DNA of 64,000 bases from Adineta vaga (GCA_021613535.1 CP075496.1:14942001-15006000), one strand, 5' to 3'; shown: positions 1-12,790, counted from the first letter of the stretch. Notes: generated by a model from the letters alone, not told the origin. A program made the numbers and translations.

Positions 1-439
1 AATACTATTTGTCGTTCTTCGATTACCTATTCACGCTTCATCGATTTTTACCTTCGTTTTTTATGAAGAAACGACGAGTAGAATAATATAGGGGCCATTA
101 CATTTCATATACAGCTTGATAGTAGTATGAAGAAATATAATATGACGCTGCATCATGATCAATATGAGAAGGCCTTTACAAAACAAGGACGTGATTTTCA
201 TATTGGTAAAATATCACAGAAAGAGTTTCAATCCACCGTACTCGGTATTTTTTCTCAAATCTAGGTTGGTTAAACCATATCACACTTATGGCAAAATGAT
301 ATATCATACATAATCTATTCTTGTAGCTAAAAAATGTAAGTAATTTATCTATGTAGTTGTGAAGTATTATGCATTATATATATCGTAATATTTGATAAAA
401 TCCTATAAAACATTTTGATCGAATACTATAATATTCATA

Positions 440-1258
440 TTAATCCTTTCCTGCTTTTGCGCGCTATGACACCCACTTTATAAAAAAAAGTTGGTTCTTT
501 AGAACTAACGAGAGAGAATCACTCACTGTCCAATCGCTTTCCAGTTGATATTTTGGCCGCAGGTAAGAGACTCCAAGCCTAGAATATTCCTTTGAGGATA
601 TGGGCTCTTTACTGACCTTTTATCCCTTGTCGATATTGAGCAAATCATAAAATAACGAAGTTTTCAACTGAAATTTGGGCCGTATATAGGTCTAGCCACC
701 ATCAAAGTCTTTTGAAAGTTTCAGCCGAAAAAAGTGTTCCTTTATCCAGATATTGGATTTTGAAGTAATCTGACAATTTGCTCATATTGTGCTGCAAGTG
801 ATTATCTTCTCATAAATCAATATCTCGATATAGGAACATTTTTTGGCTGACACTTTTAGAATAGTCTAATAATGATTAGACATACTAATGGCCCAAATAT
901 CACTTGGAAACTCCGTTATTTAGTTTTTTGTTCAATGTAGAGAAAAGTGCGAAAAATCGGTAGAGAGCCCATAACTCGGCGCCAAAGCCCTAGCGGACCA
1001 TATCTTCGTGAAATTGCTCTACTCTTATAGCGCCCTACCTATGGGTAAAATATTAACGAAAAACGGTTGAACATTTAGTGACCATCTGTCCTAAGAAACA
1101 TTTAAAACCCAATTTTATAGAAATCTAAAGCCAATGAATTGTACTTTCGACAGGCTCCAAGTTGGTATGAAATCGGTCCTGAAATATTACTTAGTTAAAA
1201 AAGAACCAGATTTTTGTAAGACGGGCGTCATAGCGCTCAAAGGGCACGAAAGGATTAA
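440..1258. mobile_element. Non-autonomous foldback/MITE element with TTAA target-site duplication (piggyBac-like ends)
   Basis: TTAA at 440-443 and 1255-1258. The left end TCCTTTCCTGCTTTTGCGCGCTATGACACCC is the imperfect reverse complement of the right end GGGCGTCATAGCGCTCAAAGGGCACGAAAGGA. Complementarity continues inward (TATGGGCTCTTTACTGA ~599 vs TCGGTAGAGAGCCCATA ~957; CAGCCGAAAAAAGTGTTCCT ~722 vs AGGAACATTTTTTGGCTG ~832) to a centre near 790. Confidence 0.8.
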
Positions 1259-2166
1259 TATTTTTATGCATCTGTTTATGGACGTTAATGTTCACGACTT
1301 AAAAAGCTGTTCATTTGTTATTGCCTTGGAGTTTTGAAGATTCGACACATCCTATTGAGACGTAATAAACCTTGAACATAGAGTTGTCTCAAGCCTTTCT
1401 ATCATAGTTATGAGCATTTTGCGAGGTAAACTCACCAACTTATCAGTCGCTTTTGGGTTGATATCCTAGTTATAGGCAAGAGACTATAAGACTCGAATAG
1501 TCCTAGGAAAAATCAGAACACTAGGCCTTTTGTGTGGAGTTATGGATTTTTAGCCGCTTTTTCAGTATTGAGCGAAAACGCTTTTCAGCGCAACTTCTTT
1601 GGGACTAAAATGTGGAAGTCACATAGCCTGTTTGCGATTATAGCGTGTACGCGCGATGAGGCTCTACGTGAAACTGAGTTACACCTAAAATGGAGTTTTA
1701 TGTTTTATAAGTTTGCGCTTGTGATGAATTCTGTCTGTAATGGAGGATCGGGGAGACGAATGGGCCAATTTAATCGACCTAAAACTTACACTCGTTAGTT
1801 TTTTTTTCAAGTAAAAACATATGGGTTCCACAAAATATCAATTAAAAAGCGCCTGAATAGTTGTTGACCATTCCCTATCAGTCAACTTTTACGATAAAAC
1901 ACGTTACTTCAAGTACTTTGTATTGAAATCTCGTCGATAGTAGACTCATAAAGCATCGTACCAACTTGAGATCGCATTAATTTCTTTTATAGATAAACTA
2001 ATATCTGACCAATCTTAAACGAAGAATAAATCTCAAAAAGTGATACGAAACTTGCCACTTAAGAAAGAAGGATTATCTATTCATATTTCCAACGACTGGG
2101 TTATTACACAACTTCGAAAACCAATTCTGTTCGAAATATTAGCAGCTTGAATGAACTTGCCTTTAA

Positions 2167-2723
2167 ACTAACATAAATCAAACCACGGGTAGAACACTGT
2201 CGAGGCACTAGTGTTGGTGGAACTAAGGCTCTTGCACTAACATAAATCAAACCACGGGTAGAACACTATCGAGGCACTAGTGTTGGTGGAACTAAGGCTC
2301 TTGCACTAACATAAATCAAACCACGGGTAGAACACTATCGAGGCACTAGTGTTGGTGGAACTAAGGCTCTTGCACTAACATAAATCAAACCACGGGTAGA
2401 ACACTGTCGAGGCACTAGTGTTGGTGGAACTAAGGCTCTTGCACTAATATAAATCAAACCACGGGTAGAACACTGTCGAGGCACTAGTGTTGGTGGAACT
2501 AAGGCTCTTGTACTAACATAAATCAAACCACGGGTAGAACACTGTCGAGGCACTAGTGTTGGTGGAACTAAGGCTCTTGCACTAACATAAATCAAACCAC
2601 GGGTAGAACACTATCGAGGCACTAGTGTTGGTGGAACTAAGGCTCTTGTACTAACATAAATCAAACCACGGGTAGAACACTATCGAGGCACTAGTGTTGG
2701 TGGAACTAAGGCTCTTGTACTAA
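2167..2723. repeat. Tandem minisatellite, 8 copies of a 69-bp unit
   Basis: Unit CTAACATAAATCAAACCACGGGTAGAACACTRTCGAGGCACTAGTGTTGGTGGAACTAAGGCTCTTGYA starts at 2168, 2237, 2306, 2375, 2444, 2513, 2582 and 2651. Only about 3 variable positions. Confidence 0.97.
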
Positions 2724-4012
2724 TAGCGTCTAAGCAATTTAACAGAACACTTTGGTTTTCGATTTGTGCTTTTCATGGATATCAGCGAACAAGAACGTAA
2801 AAACTGACTAACATGGTTTAAAGATGCAAATCAAACGGCAGTCAACTTCATTGCAGTACCGACTAAAACAAGGTAAGCCAACATTTCTAGATATCCTACT
2901 ATAATATTCAGAGGGAAAGACACATGTTTTTGTGAAAAACGTGGATGCTACTCATAAATAGTCAACTAGAAGTTTTGTATGATGCGGTGGAGCGTTGTAG
3001 TTTATTGCATCCTGTGCTAATATAGTTCACATTCATGAAATAGCAAGAATAATAAGTATAAATGCGCCGTCTTTATGAGGTACGTTCTTTGGAGCAATGG
3101 ATGGAGTTGTAGAAGGCTATTTTGTGAAGGATTGATATTATGTCATTTGCGGGAAAATGCCATATGATTAAAAGATAGTTCTACATGAAGATATGTGCAA
3201 CTATATCTGTTGAATTATGTTAAAATATGTCAACGGTATTTATAATTAGAACGTGTACCTAAGAAGTTTATTTGTCGCTTTGAAAAAGGAGGAAGAAAGA
3301 ATAGAGGTTTTCAGTTAGCTTGTGCCATATGTGTCCTTTTCTGTACGGTGGGTCTATTAAAATGGCTCTTGACAATGGCCACACGATGAGATGGGTTTCT
3401 TATGATATCGAGTATGAAAAATGTTTCAATACCTAACTTTTTTGTCTGTGTATTCATATACAGGTAAGTAAAAGTCCACCCTGGTATGGACACACTCACA
3501 TTGAACATCATATTCTTTGGAATTTCGCGCTGATGAAATGGTCCAACATGCAACGCACAATTGTTCACTTGTCGATACTTCTATCCTTTCATAAGCGGAA
3601 TCACCGCACTAAAGTGAATAATAAGAACTATTAGAAAACATGTACATGTATGAGAAGAACTAGAAAATTAACAGCTCGCCCTACACATAATCAAGCATTT
3701 CGTTACTCTGACCTTCCTAGCTTTTCATTTTTCTTTTTTTCAATAGTAATCATAATATTTTAACAACATCATAAAAGCTGAAGTATTTTCTTCTATCTTG
3801 TTGCACGCGTATTTTAGAAGGGTCTTTCCATATTACCATAATAAGCAGAAAACGCACAAAAGTTTTCTTACATCATCCTGCGAACTTCGTAAAAGTTCTT
3901 CGGATTTCCTTTCGACAGAACCAAGAGTGATTCGTTTTGCATAAGAATATTAAAAATTGTTATAAAGATCGGAAGAATTTTGTATAATTTGTAGTATAGA
4001 TTCCAATCTTCG

Positions 4013-4286
4013 TTAGCCCTTTAACGATGATATTGCCCACCAATGGTCCATACTCTACGTTACGAACGTTATTCAGCAATAAAAATAAAATGTTTTCGGA
4101 ACATGTCTTCGAGTAGCAGATTTTTCTTAGATATTTACACTCATCTTTTTCATGGAAGTACACTAATTACGAATTATTAATTCAACGTATAAAATTTGTT
4201 TCGTAAATCTCTTTGCATTTGAGTTTAATCTAAGAAAAACATTTTTTCCAAACGCTTCAAAATCATATCATTCCCGAAAGGATTAA
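4013..4286. mobile_element. Possible degenerate piggyBac-like MITE
   Basis: Left end TTAG|CCCTTTAACGATGATAT; right end ATATCATTCCCGAAAGGA|TTAA. Imperfect TIR and a mutated TTAA. Confidence 0.3.
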
Positions 4287-6081
4287 ATAAACTGTATACT
4301 CTGAGTTACTCAGATTATCCTTTATTCCATAGTTCAGAAAACAATAAGTTGTTTGGTTTCACTGATTTACACTCTTCAAATTCCGAAATTGGACCGAAAG
4401 ATGGACATAATATCTAACCTGAATTTTCTAGACAAGCAGAACGATTTCTAACCATATGACATTAGATTTATGCGATTTGTTTGTAAAAGTTTATGCAATG
4501 TAGAGACAGAATTCTAATAAGTAAAGTATTTTGTGTAGATCTGTATGCGTCACATTTCAATCGGAAAAGAGCAGATTGGTGTACCCATATGATATGAAAG
4601 AATTTCCGTTTATCCATATTCTTACTCTAATTATATTTATTCACACAGATAATACAATGAACTTTACTATAACATGTTTTCTAGGATAACTGTAAAGCCA
4701 TTCATCTGTGACTGTCATTTCTCAGTGCACCGTACCAATCAAACCTGTTTCTGCAAATAAATTAGACTACTGGCGTGTCATTACTTCGAACATTATGCAC
4801 GCTGTTCACATAGACTAATGAACGCAACATATTTAATGCTTCATACACTTGTCTCATTACATCATCTGACAATACATATGAAAACATACCAATTGACAAT
4901 CACTAAATTTAGAAAAAAATGGAAAGCATACACAACATCTACATGGAGAAGGCATGCATTCTACATTTGATGCCACGAAACTTGCAAGAAACAAGCATAT
5001 GAACTCACACATAGAACATGTCTCTAGTTTATGATGCATGTGTAATAGTAAATTCGAATGAGTGGGATTGTGAAGAATAAAGATAAATAGGCGTGTGGGT
5101 GCGTATGAGTGTCAGAAACAAGATCGAGAATGAATGTTCTAAGGTAAGTGCAAGAAGAGAAGATACCGAGATTTACTTTTCTGAGATCCACTCTTCACAG
5201 AGTATTTATTTATTTCATGAGGATTTATTTGCACTTATTAGCTACAGAATAATTCTAGCGCACCCTCATCATTGATTCTACTCCTCGTGTTCGCCCTCAA
5301 CCTCAGTTAGCCATCGCCCTCAGAAATTACGTGGGATTTATTAAAAAATTGCTTTTCTTCTTTTTTAAAATCGGTCATGTCCACGGTATGAGTACAGCTT
5401 CATCGTTAGAAGAATTGATCACTAACGTTCCTCTCGGGGTGAAAGAGCGGAGTTGTGGATTTTCATGGATTCTATATGTTATCCTTCATAATTCCAGTAG
5501 TATTAAACTTGAAATTTGAATTCAATTGAAATACAAAGTTTTAAGCTAATTCAGCTTTCAGTTTCAAATGAACTGCCCCAGTTGAAAAGTCTCTATAGCA
5601 ACCTCATTGTTGCCTTCGCCCTCACCACCTTTAGATCAGAAAAATGGTACCACAATTGAACACGTCTGATAATGTGTACACGAAGACGCTCATAGATAAC
5701 GGCTCTTCGAGGGACGCTAAGCGCCTCCACGCCGCGACGCTGCTTTAAAAGATGTTGTTTCTGGGGGTATCAGATCGTCCCCGATATAAGTTCTTAACTG
5801 CGAGTTTATAGTTTAATTTTCATTCTAAAGAATTATATGAACTTCGCGAGTTCAATACTCAAAGGTATTCACAACCTCTACTATTTAGTATCAATCAATC
5901 CTGTTTCTCGCGGGCTTTCATTTGGTATGAAATTCATCATTTACTCTATTCGAAATGATGGTATTGCCCACCTGGAATAGTATATTTTTCAACCGCGTAC
6001 TAGGCTAAAACTTTGTAAAAAAACCCCACGTTCTTTATCCAAATTCATTATTTTGTTCAAGAAATATTTTATTTTCTTAAA

Positions 6082-6720
6082 AATAATTTTCTGAAAGATA
6101 TACCCATGTTTTCGATTGCGATGAAATTGCGACGCAATTGCGATAAAAAATCGCAGTTGCGCCGCAATTGTGACGCGATGATCGCATTGTAGTGCATTCA
6201 TATTTCGAAACTATTCTGGTTACTATTACGTTAATAATTTTTGAAAGATATACCCAGCTTAGTAGCAACTATAATATAGTACCTCGTATTTCTTAAATAC
6301 TTAGAAAAGTAAACAAAATTTACAATAAAAGTACGTTTAATCAGCGGGATAATATACAAAGTGTGTCAGTATCGGTGATGGTGCTATTCCTTGCGATACC
6401 TATACCCACCCACACCCAGCAATCGCTCATCACCAACTTATCACTCACCTATAGCTCATCGACAACACCCACGGACCCAACAACCATCTATGACTCATCG
6501 GCGATATTTACCAATGGATTACCCACCTATGACTTGTCGACGACACCTACGGACTTATTATCCATCTATGACTCATCGATAATATCTGCCTGCCTAACAC
6601 CCATCACTGGAAAATCCAGCATCTCGAATCCCATTGACAAGAGAAAACAGCATCTCAGTTCTGATTGGTCCAAAAAATGACCCATCATACAGATGACTCT
6701 TCTCACTGATGACTCATATA
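6082..6720. repeat. Nested non-coding repeat remnants with short subterminal-type repeats (possibly CACTA/EnSpm-like)
   Basis: Direct repeat AATAATTTT(C)TGAAAGATATACCCA at ~6082 and ~6233. A TTGCGA/TCGCA cluster at 6115-6190 and repeated CATCTATGACTCATCG motifs at 6485-6580. Confidence 0.3.
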
Positions 6721-7643
6721 TACGCTTAGTACCACTTACGTTTCGAAATTGACAGCTGGAATGTCAAGTGATGAGGTAGTTAAAAATTGAAAAAATAAGC
6801 TCTAATGGCTGTTACATCTCCTTTTATACTCTACTAGCGGAGATACCCGCTGCAAAGAGGATATAATTTACGTTTTTCATCTACAACAGTGCTTTTCTCA
6901 TCACCCACTGGACCCCTCCGTTGGTATTTACCCTTCGTGTATAAAAAAATCCTCACACCCTGCTTTCTCGCCCTGCCTTAGCTAGTATAATCCTTCAGGT
7001 CGTCACTTAGCGCGCGTTACCTGTCTTCCAAGCGTCTTTCTCCTCCGTACTGAGGCTACTCCTATATCTCTTTTGGCATCAAGCACCAGGCCTTTTTTTC
7101 AGAACTTTTCGCATCTCTTCATTAGTTCTTTCCTACTGGTCTTGTCTGGCTATGCATACAACATACAGCTCTGTTCCTTTTAAATCCACTCCTACTGTCC
7201 CGCTGCAACTTCAGTCCCATTCTACACCCACTGTCTCGCTGCAACTCCCACCCCTCGGTAGATCTGCCTATTCTCAGACGCCCGCTGCAAGTCATTCTAT
7301 AGTTTATAAACTTCACTTCGACTCCATACAGGTAGAGTAGTCAATTCACTCCAGATTCAGTTTATTTTTGAGAACCCAACTCAGGCATTGCAGTTGTCCA
7401 TCTTGGATGCAGACACCCAAACCCAGTTCTTCAAAGTTCCAGGGAAAAACGTGGAACTGGCAGTTTATCGATACTGGATAAATTCTTAATAATTCTCCTT
7501 CGCCCACCCCTTGGAGGTCACAACTCCATCTCGACATTCCGTAGAACTTAGAGGAGTCTCGTGAAACTTTTAGTGTCGCCAGCTATCAATGGAATCGAAA
7601 AATTCCTATATACCATCACCTTGGTGAAATTTCACCCACACCC

Positions 7644-10600
7644 ATCAATTGATCTTCGATCAGCTTTTTTGATAATCCAGCTGTCACTGTCATATGTTAC
7701 AACTGGGAATACCATAGCCTTGCCAATACGTATCTTTGTTGCCAGTGTAATGTCTCTACCCTTTATTATCTTGTCTAGGTTTGCTATAGCCTTTCTTCCA
7801 AGAAGCAACCGCCTTTTGATTTCATGAGTACAGTTACCATCCGTGGTGATTTTTGAACCAAGGAATATAAAGTCTGTTACAACTTCGATTTCTTCGCCAT
7901 CTATACTAATTCCATTTATAGTACCAGTTGACATAATCTTGGTCTTCTTTATGTTGAGTAGTAAACCAGCTTTTGCGCTTTCTTCCTTAACTTTTAACAA
8001 GAGGTTTTTCAAGTCATCTTCATTTTCAGCCATTAAAGTGGTATGTCCGCATACCTGAGGTTGTTAATCTTTCTTCCAGCAATTTTGATTCCCATTTCTG
8101 TTTCTTCTAATCCTGAATTTCGCATGATGTACTCTGCATACAAGTGAAATAGGTAAGGTGATAATATACATCCTTGACGTACTCCTTTCCCAATTTTGAA
8201 CCATTCAGTTAGTCCATATTCGGTTCTAACAGTAGCCTCTTGGTCGTCGTACAAGTTTTGGAGTAGGCAAATGAGATGGTTCGGTACACCCATGTTGTGA
8301 AGTGTTGTCCAAAGTTTGTTATGATCAACACAGTCAAAGGCTTTAGTATAATCAATGAAACAGAAGTATGTGTCTTTTTGAAATTCTCTTGTTTTTTCTA
8401 TTACCCAACGAATATTTGCAATTTGATCTCGAGTACCTCTGCCTTTTCTGAATCCGGCTTGTACATCTGGTAGTTCACGTTCCATGTATTGCTGAATTCT
8501 GGCTTGTAATATCTTGAGTATTATTTTGCTGGCATGTGAAATAAGGCAATGGTTCGGTAGTTTGAACATTCTTTAGCATTACCTTTTTTTGGTATTGGTA
8601 TATAAATTGTTCTTTTCCAATCTTTTGGCCACTTCTTTGATCTCCATATTAATTGACAAAGCGGTAGAATTACTTTAGCTGCATCATCTTCCAGGACTTT
8701 GAATAATTCAATTGATAGTTCGTCGACCCCAGGAGCCTTGTTTTTAGCAATGTTGTCTAACGCCCATTTGATTTCACTTTCCAGAATGTCTGGCTCCAGT
8801 TCTGTGACCGTATTATCGAATGTGTCTATAATGCTGGGATCTTTCATGTATAGTTCTTCGGTATGTTCTTGCCATCTCTTTTTTATATCTTCTTTTTCGG
8901 TCAGATCGGTTCCGTGTTTATCTTTTATTGTACTCCATTTAGCTTGGAAGTTTCCTTTGATTTCTTTAATTTTCTTGAAGAGATCTCTAGTTTTTCCCTT
9001 CCGGTTGTTTTCTTCAATTTCCTTGCATTGTTGGTTCATATATTTATCCTTATCTTTTCTTGCCATTCTCTGAAACTTGGCGTTCAGCGTGGAAAATTTT
9101 ATCGCATCGTTGTTACTTTTTGCTTTGCGTCTTTCTTCCACCACTTTTAACGTATCAGCAGACAGCCACTTCGCCTTCTTTTGTTTTTTGCTGTACGGGA
9201 TATTTTTTGTTGCTTCATCTTTGATGATATCCCAGATTTCAGTCCAAAGTTCTTCGGGCATTCTGTCCCCAAAATCCAAGCCATTAAATCTGTTCTTAAT
9301 GTTCACTGTGTATTCGTATGGAATGTTACCAAAATCATATTTTGGTTGTTTGATGGCTTTTCCTGTTTTCTTTAATTTTATCTGGATTTTTGCAAGAAGA
9401 AGTTCGTGATCGGTGCCGCAGTCGGCACCAGGTCTTGTTTTTGACAGTTGTATGGAGCTACTCCATCTTTGATTGCAAATTATGTAATCAATTTGGTTCC
9501 TGTATTGTCCGCCCGGCGATGTCCATGTGTATAACCGTCGTTTAGGTTGATGGAAGAAAGTATTTGCAATGAACATTGAGTTGTTCTGGCAGAAGTCCAC
9601 TAATCTATCTCCTGCTTCATTCCGCACACCAAGTCCGGATTTTCCAGTTATTCCAGGTGTTGTAATGCTTCCAACTTTAGCGTTACAGTCTCCCATAATA
9701 ACTATGACGTCTTTTTTTGGTGCTGCATCTAAGAGCTGTTGCAGATCGGCATAGAATTGTTCTATTTCGTTTTCCTTTGCCTCTGTAGTTGGTGCATAGA
9801 CTTGAATCACCGTGATGTTGAGTGGTTTGCCTTGGAATCGAATTGATATCATTCTGTCATTTTTTGAGTTGTATCCGAGCACCGACTGAGACCATACTTT
9901 ATTCACAATGATGGCTACACCATTTCTTCTTTGAGTTTCATGTCCACAGTAATATACTTGATGTTCATCTGACGTGAAGTGACCCATACCAGTCCATTTT
10001 ATTTCGCTGGTTCCTAAAATGCTGATGTTCAATCTGGACATTTCTGCTTTAACCACGTCAAGTTTGCCTTGATTCATTGTTCGAACATTCCATGTTCCTA
10101 TTGTATGTAATTCTTTGCAGCATCGCACTTTCCTTTCGTTTCGGGACACATCAGCAGCTGGACGTCCTGTCGGCTTTGATCCAGCCACATCATCAATTCC
10201 ACGGCTACTCGTACTTGTACTTTGCTCTTCCCCAGTAGCTTCTTGAGTACCTTCCAACCTGAGGGGCTCATCTTCCGATACTATGTTGAGATTGTTTTGG
10301 CTGTAATTGTCCATGTAAGTTTTCTTGGCAAAATACTGGAGTGAGTTGCCATTTCCTTCTCCAAGATGAGTTGCCTATCTCGGCCAAGAGCCTCATCTGC
10401 CCTTGGTTTGGAATCAGAGTTTTCCTTCTCCTAGGTGAACTACCGATCAAGGTTAGAGAGCTTCACCTGCCCTGGCTAAAGCTTTTGAAACTTAGTTCGA
10501 GAGGAACCTTGCTTCTGGCGGCCTTTGTTCGCCGTGGCATCTTGTCGTCTGTGGGTTTCTGTAGCATTTTATAAGTGTTTTAGTGCCATCCAAAACCCCA

Positions 10601-10760
10601 CTACACCCTGCTGACAAAAAGTCTGGATTGTCCGGGACTGCTTATTTGAACAATTGCTTGTTCTTATTCGCAGGTAACCATCATATTAATGGCCGTTCCA
10701 CTATCCGCAACCTGTGCACCCGCTTGGTAGAATTCAGCCTAGCCCCAAGAAATGGCGAAT
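7644..10760 (-). mobile_element. RTE-clade non-LTR retrotransposon, BovB-like; two frameshifts, 3'-truncated
   Basis: APE endonuclease (GTWNVRT, QVYAPT, GDxNAKVG, NQIDY, TDH) followed by RT (QAGFR, FIDYTKAFDCVDH, GVRQGCILSP, NLRYAD[D]T) across ORFs 8521-10314, 8033-8569 and 7632-8033. Single-base losses at ~8545 and ~8045. The 5' region contains GGAGAAGGAAATGGCAACTCACTCCAGTAT, a hallmark BovB motif. Homology stops abruptly after 'KKADRRSID' at 7644. The 5' boundary is approximate. Confidence 0.95.
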
Positions 10761-12462
10761 ATCTGCCCATAAAGTCCATATACATTACACCGTCCGTTCT
10801 CGATATTTTGCTAAACGAGAAGCTGAACAGAGAGCACACTCCATACGGCTACCACATCTTAGCACGAGCGTATAACGAAAGTATTACGTGCTGGCCTGCA
10901 GGATATAACCACGGATGCGACAAAATGCCAATGAATTGCTTGCGAGAATAATCGGAAGTATATAACGACTAATGGGTGTGGGTAAGATATATGATATTTT
11001 TAGATATACCTACATTGTCATCCTTTTTCTTTATTATCTGCATGTCTCTCTCATAGATATAAACAGGATGGATGTAAGTGAAAGTGAAGAGAAGATACTC
11101 ACGCTCTCCTGCCTACACCTTGTAGTCTACACTAACTCTGAAATTGATTTAAAAACTGAAAGAGTTTTTGTTCAATCGTATCTCGAAAACGGTGAGGTGT
11201 ATTCCAACGATCAAACTGGTTTCATAATGTTAACCATTGCAAATTAGGATATATCTCACATCTTCACTAATCTACAATTATTTACCATGTTTGTAATAAT
11301 CAACCGATATGCTTCTTTTTTCTTTATTCATACGTCTTCTTCTTACATTTTTCAATGCTCTTCTTCTAGTGTAGTATTTAGTTACATGAAGAGAATATTT
11401 GACGTCCTGCATTAAGACTTCTTAAAAGAAAGAAAAGCTTATATTTCTCACAATGCCTTACAGGGATTTTAAAAAGAAATTAATTTACTAGGACCCCGAG
11501 AAGTATTTTTATAATCTGAATTTCATGTTGATATTATTGTTCTCCTTTAAGTCCTTCTGGTGTTGAAATTATGAAGAAATGAGTGATTAACAAATTTTGA
11601 TGTCTTTTATAATAAATTGATGTTCTTTAAATGTTGTTTATATTAAAATTATATCTAAGAAAAAAATCTTGTCAAAAGAGAAAGAATTATTAAAAAATGA
11701 GAAGAAATATTCCCAGTTGATTATACTTGTTTGACTATGAATAAATAAAATATTGAAAACTGATAAAAACAGGATTTTTGATATAATTACAAAATTTGAT
11801 GAAATCATAACACATAGTTGGTAATTTAATTCTTATACGAATTAATTTGAATGAAAATTAATAATCCTGTTTTTATCAAATTTTTCAATGATATTCATTA
11901 ACATTTTCTATATACAATTTATTGAAAATTAAGTTTAAAATAAATCAAATGTACGAAGTGTTCACTAACCGATGATCTTGCCCTATTTTTTCCAGATTCT
12001 GGTTTTCTTCAATTTTTGGACAAGATTCTTTTCGACGGGAGAGCAAAAAGAATCTTTTTTGGATTTTAAGCTGACAAGAACATCTTTTGATTAATCAGAA
12101 ATAAAAGGATCACGCAAAACTCTTAAGTTATTTAGGATGTATATAAACTTCAGAGAAGATTCTTGTCAGATTTTCAAGATGATTAGCACGTAATGGTGAC
12201 TTTGTATGATCATATTTATGTGATAATAAAAGTAGTGACGTGGACTCTGTAGTATTTTATAGAAATCTTTAGAATTATTTCTTTCTACTTATTCTGATAT
12301 TCCAAGTCATAATTCTATAATTCAATGACATTTGGTAAATCTTCAAGTAAATAATAATAAATGATATTTGAAGCTAAACAAAAACAATGATCGGTTGACA
12401 AACAAATTCTTTTTTAAGACTATAGTTTATCATATTTTTATTACATCATATGCTCAAAATAA

Positions 12463-12790
12463 TCAACCCATTCGTTGAATCGGTTTGTCGAAAGATTTCT
12501 TTTTATATCGTTCCTTTTTCTGCGACTTGAAAAATTTGATGAGAGATTCACATAACAGTTCGAAATCATCTTGATCATCTAGATTTTGTTTAATTAAATC
12601 AAACAAGTAACAATCGCCCAGAGGAAGACTTGCAGCATCAGATCGTTGTGACACTATTGTTACGCCTTCTTTTTCTTCAAGATAATTGACTACATCTTTA
12701 TGAATATGTGACCTTCAATTTTAATCGTATAATGGTTAATGTCAGAAAAATGATGTTCTTCTCTTCAACTTGACATTTCTATTTTCTTTT
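12463..12790 (-). pseudogene. Degenerate Tc1/mariner transposase C-terminal fragment
   Basis: Translation '...HIHKDVVNYLEEKEGVTIV...LGDCYLFDLIKQNLDDQDD...KKSFDKPIQRM' matches the mariner C-terminus (PH...HPPYSPDLAPCDYWLF...F.KW..RM), with the YSPDL motif destroyed. Confidence 0.65.

Noticed and set aside
2167-2723. CRISPR array or repeat-protein CDS (ORF 2335-2595)
   Set aside because: Units are contiguous with no unique spacers and no cas genes are present. The reading frame is broken by TAG in several units and has no ATG.
6363-6680. 105-aa Ser/Thr-rich ORF with a hydrophobic start
   Set aside because: GTG start, and its composition is explained by short DNA repeats (CATCTATGACTCATCG); more likely transposon subterminal sequence.
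6833-6855. Helitron 3' end (hairpin + CTAG on the minus strand)
   Set aside because: Only a 5-bp stem that overlaps the CTAG, and no matching 5' end was identified.
7561-9754. Plus-strand ORFs overlapping the RTE
   Set aside because: Antisense shadows of the retrotransposon ORF.
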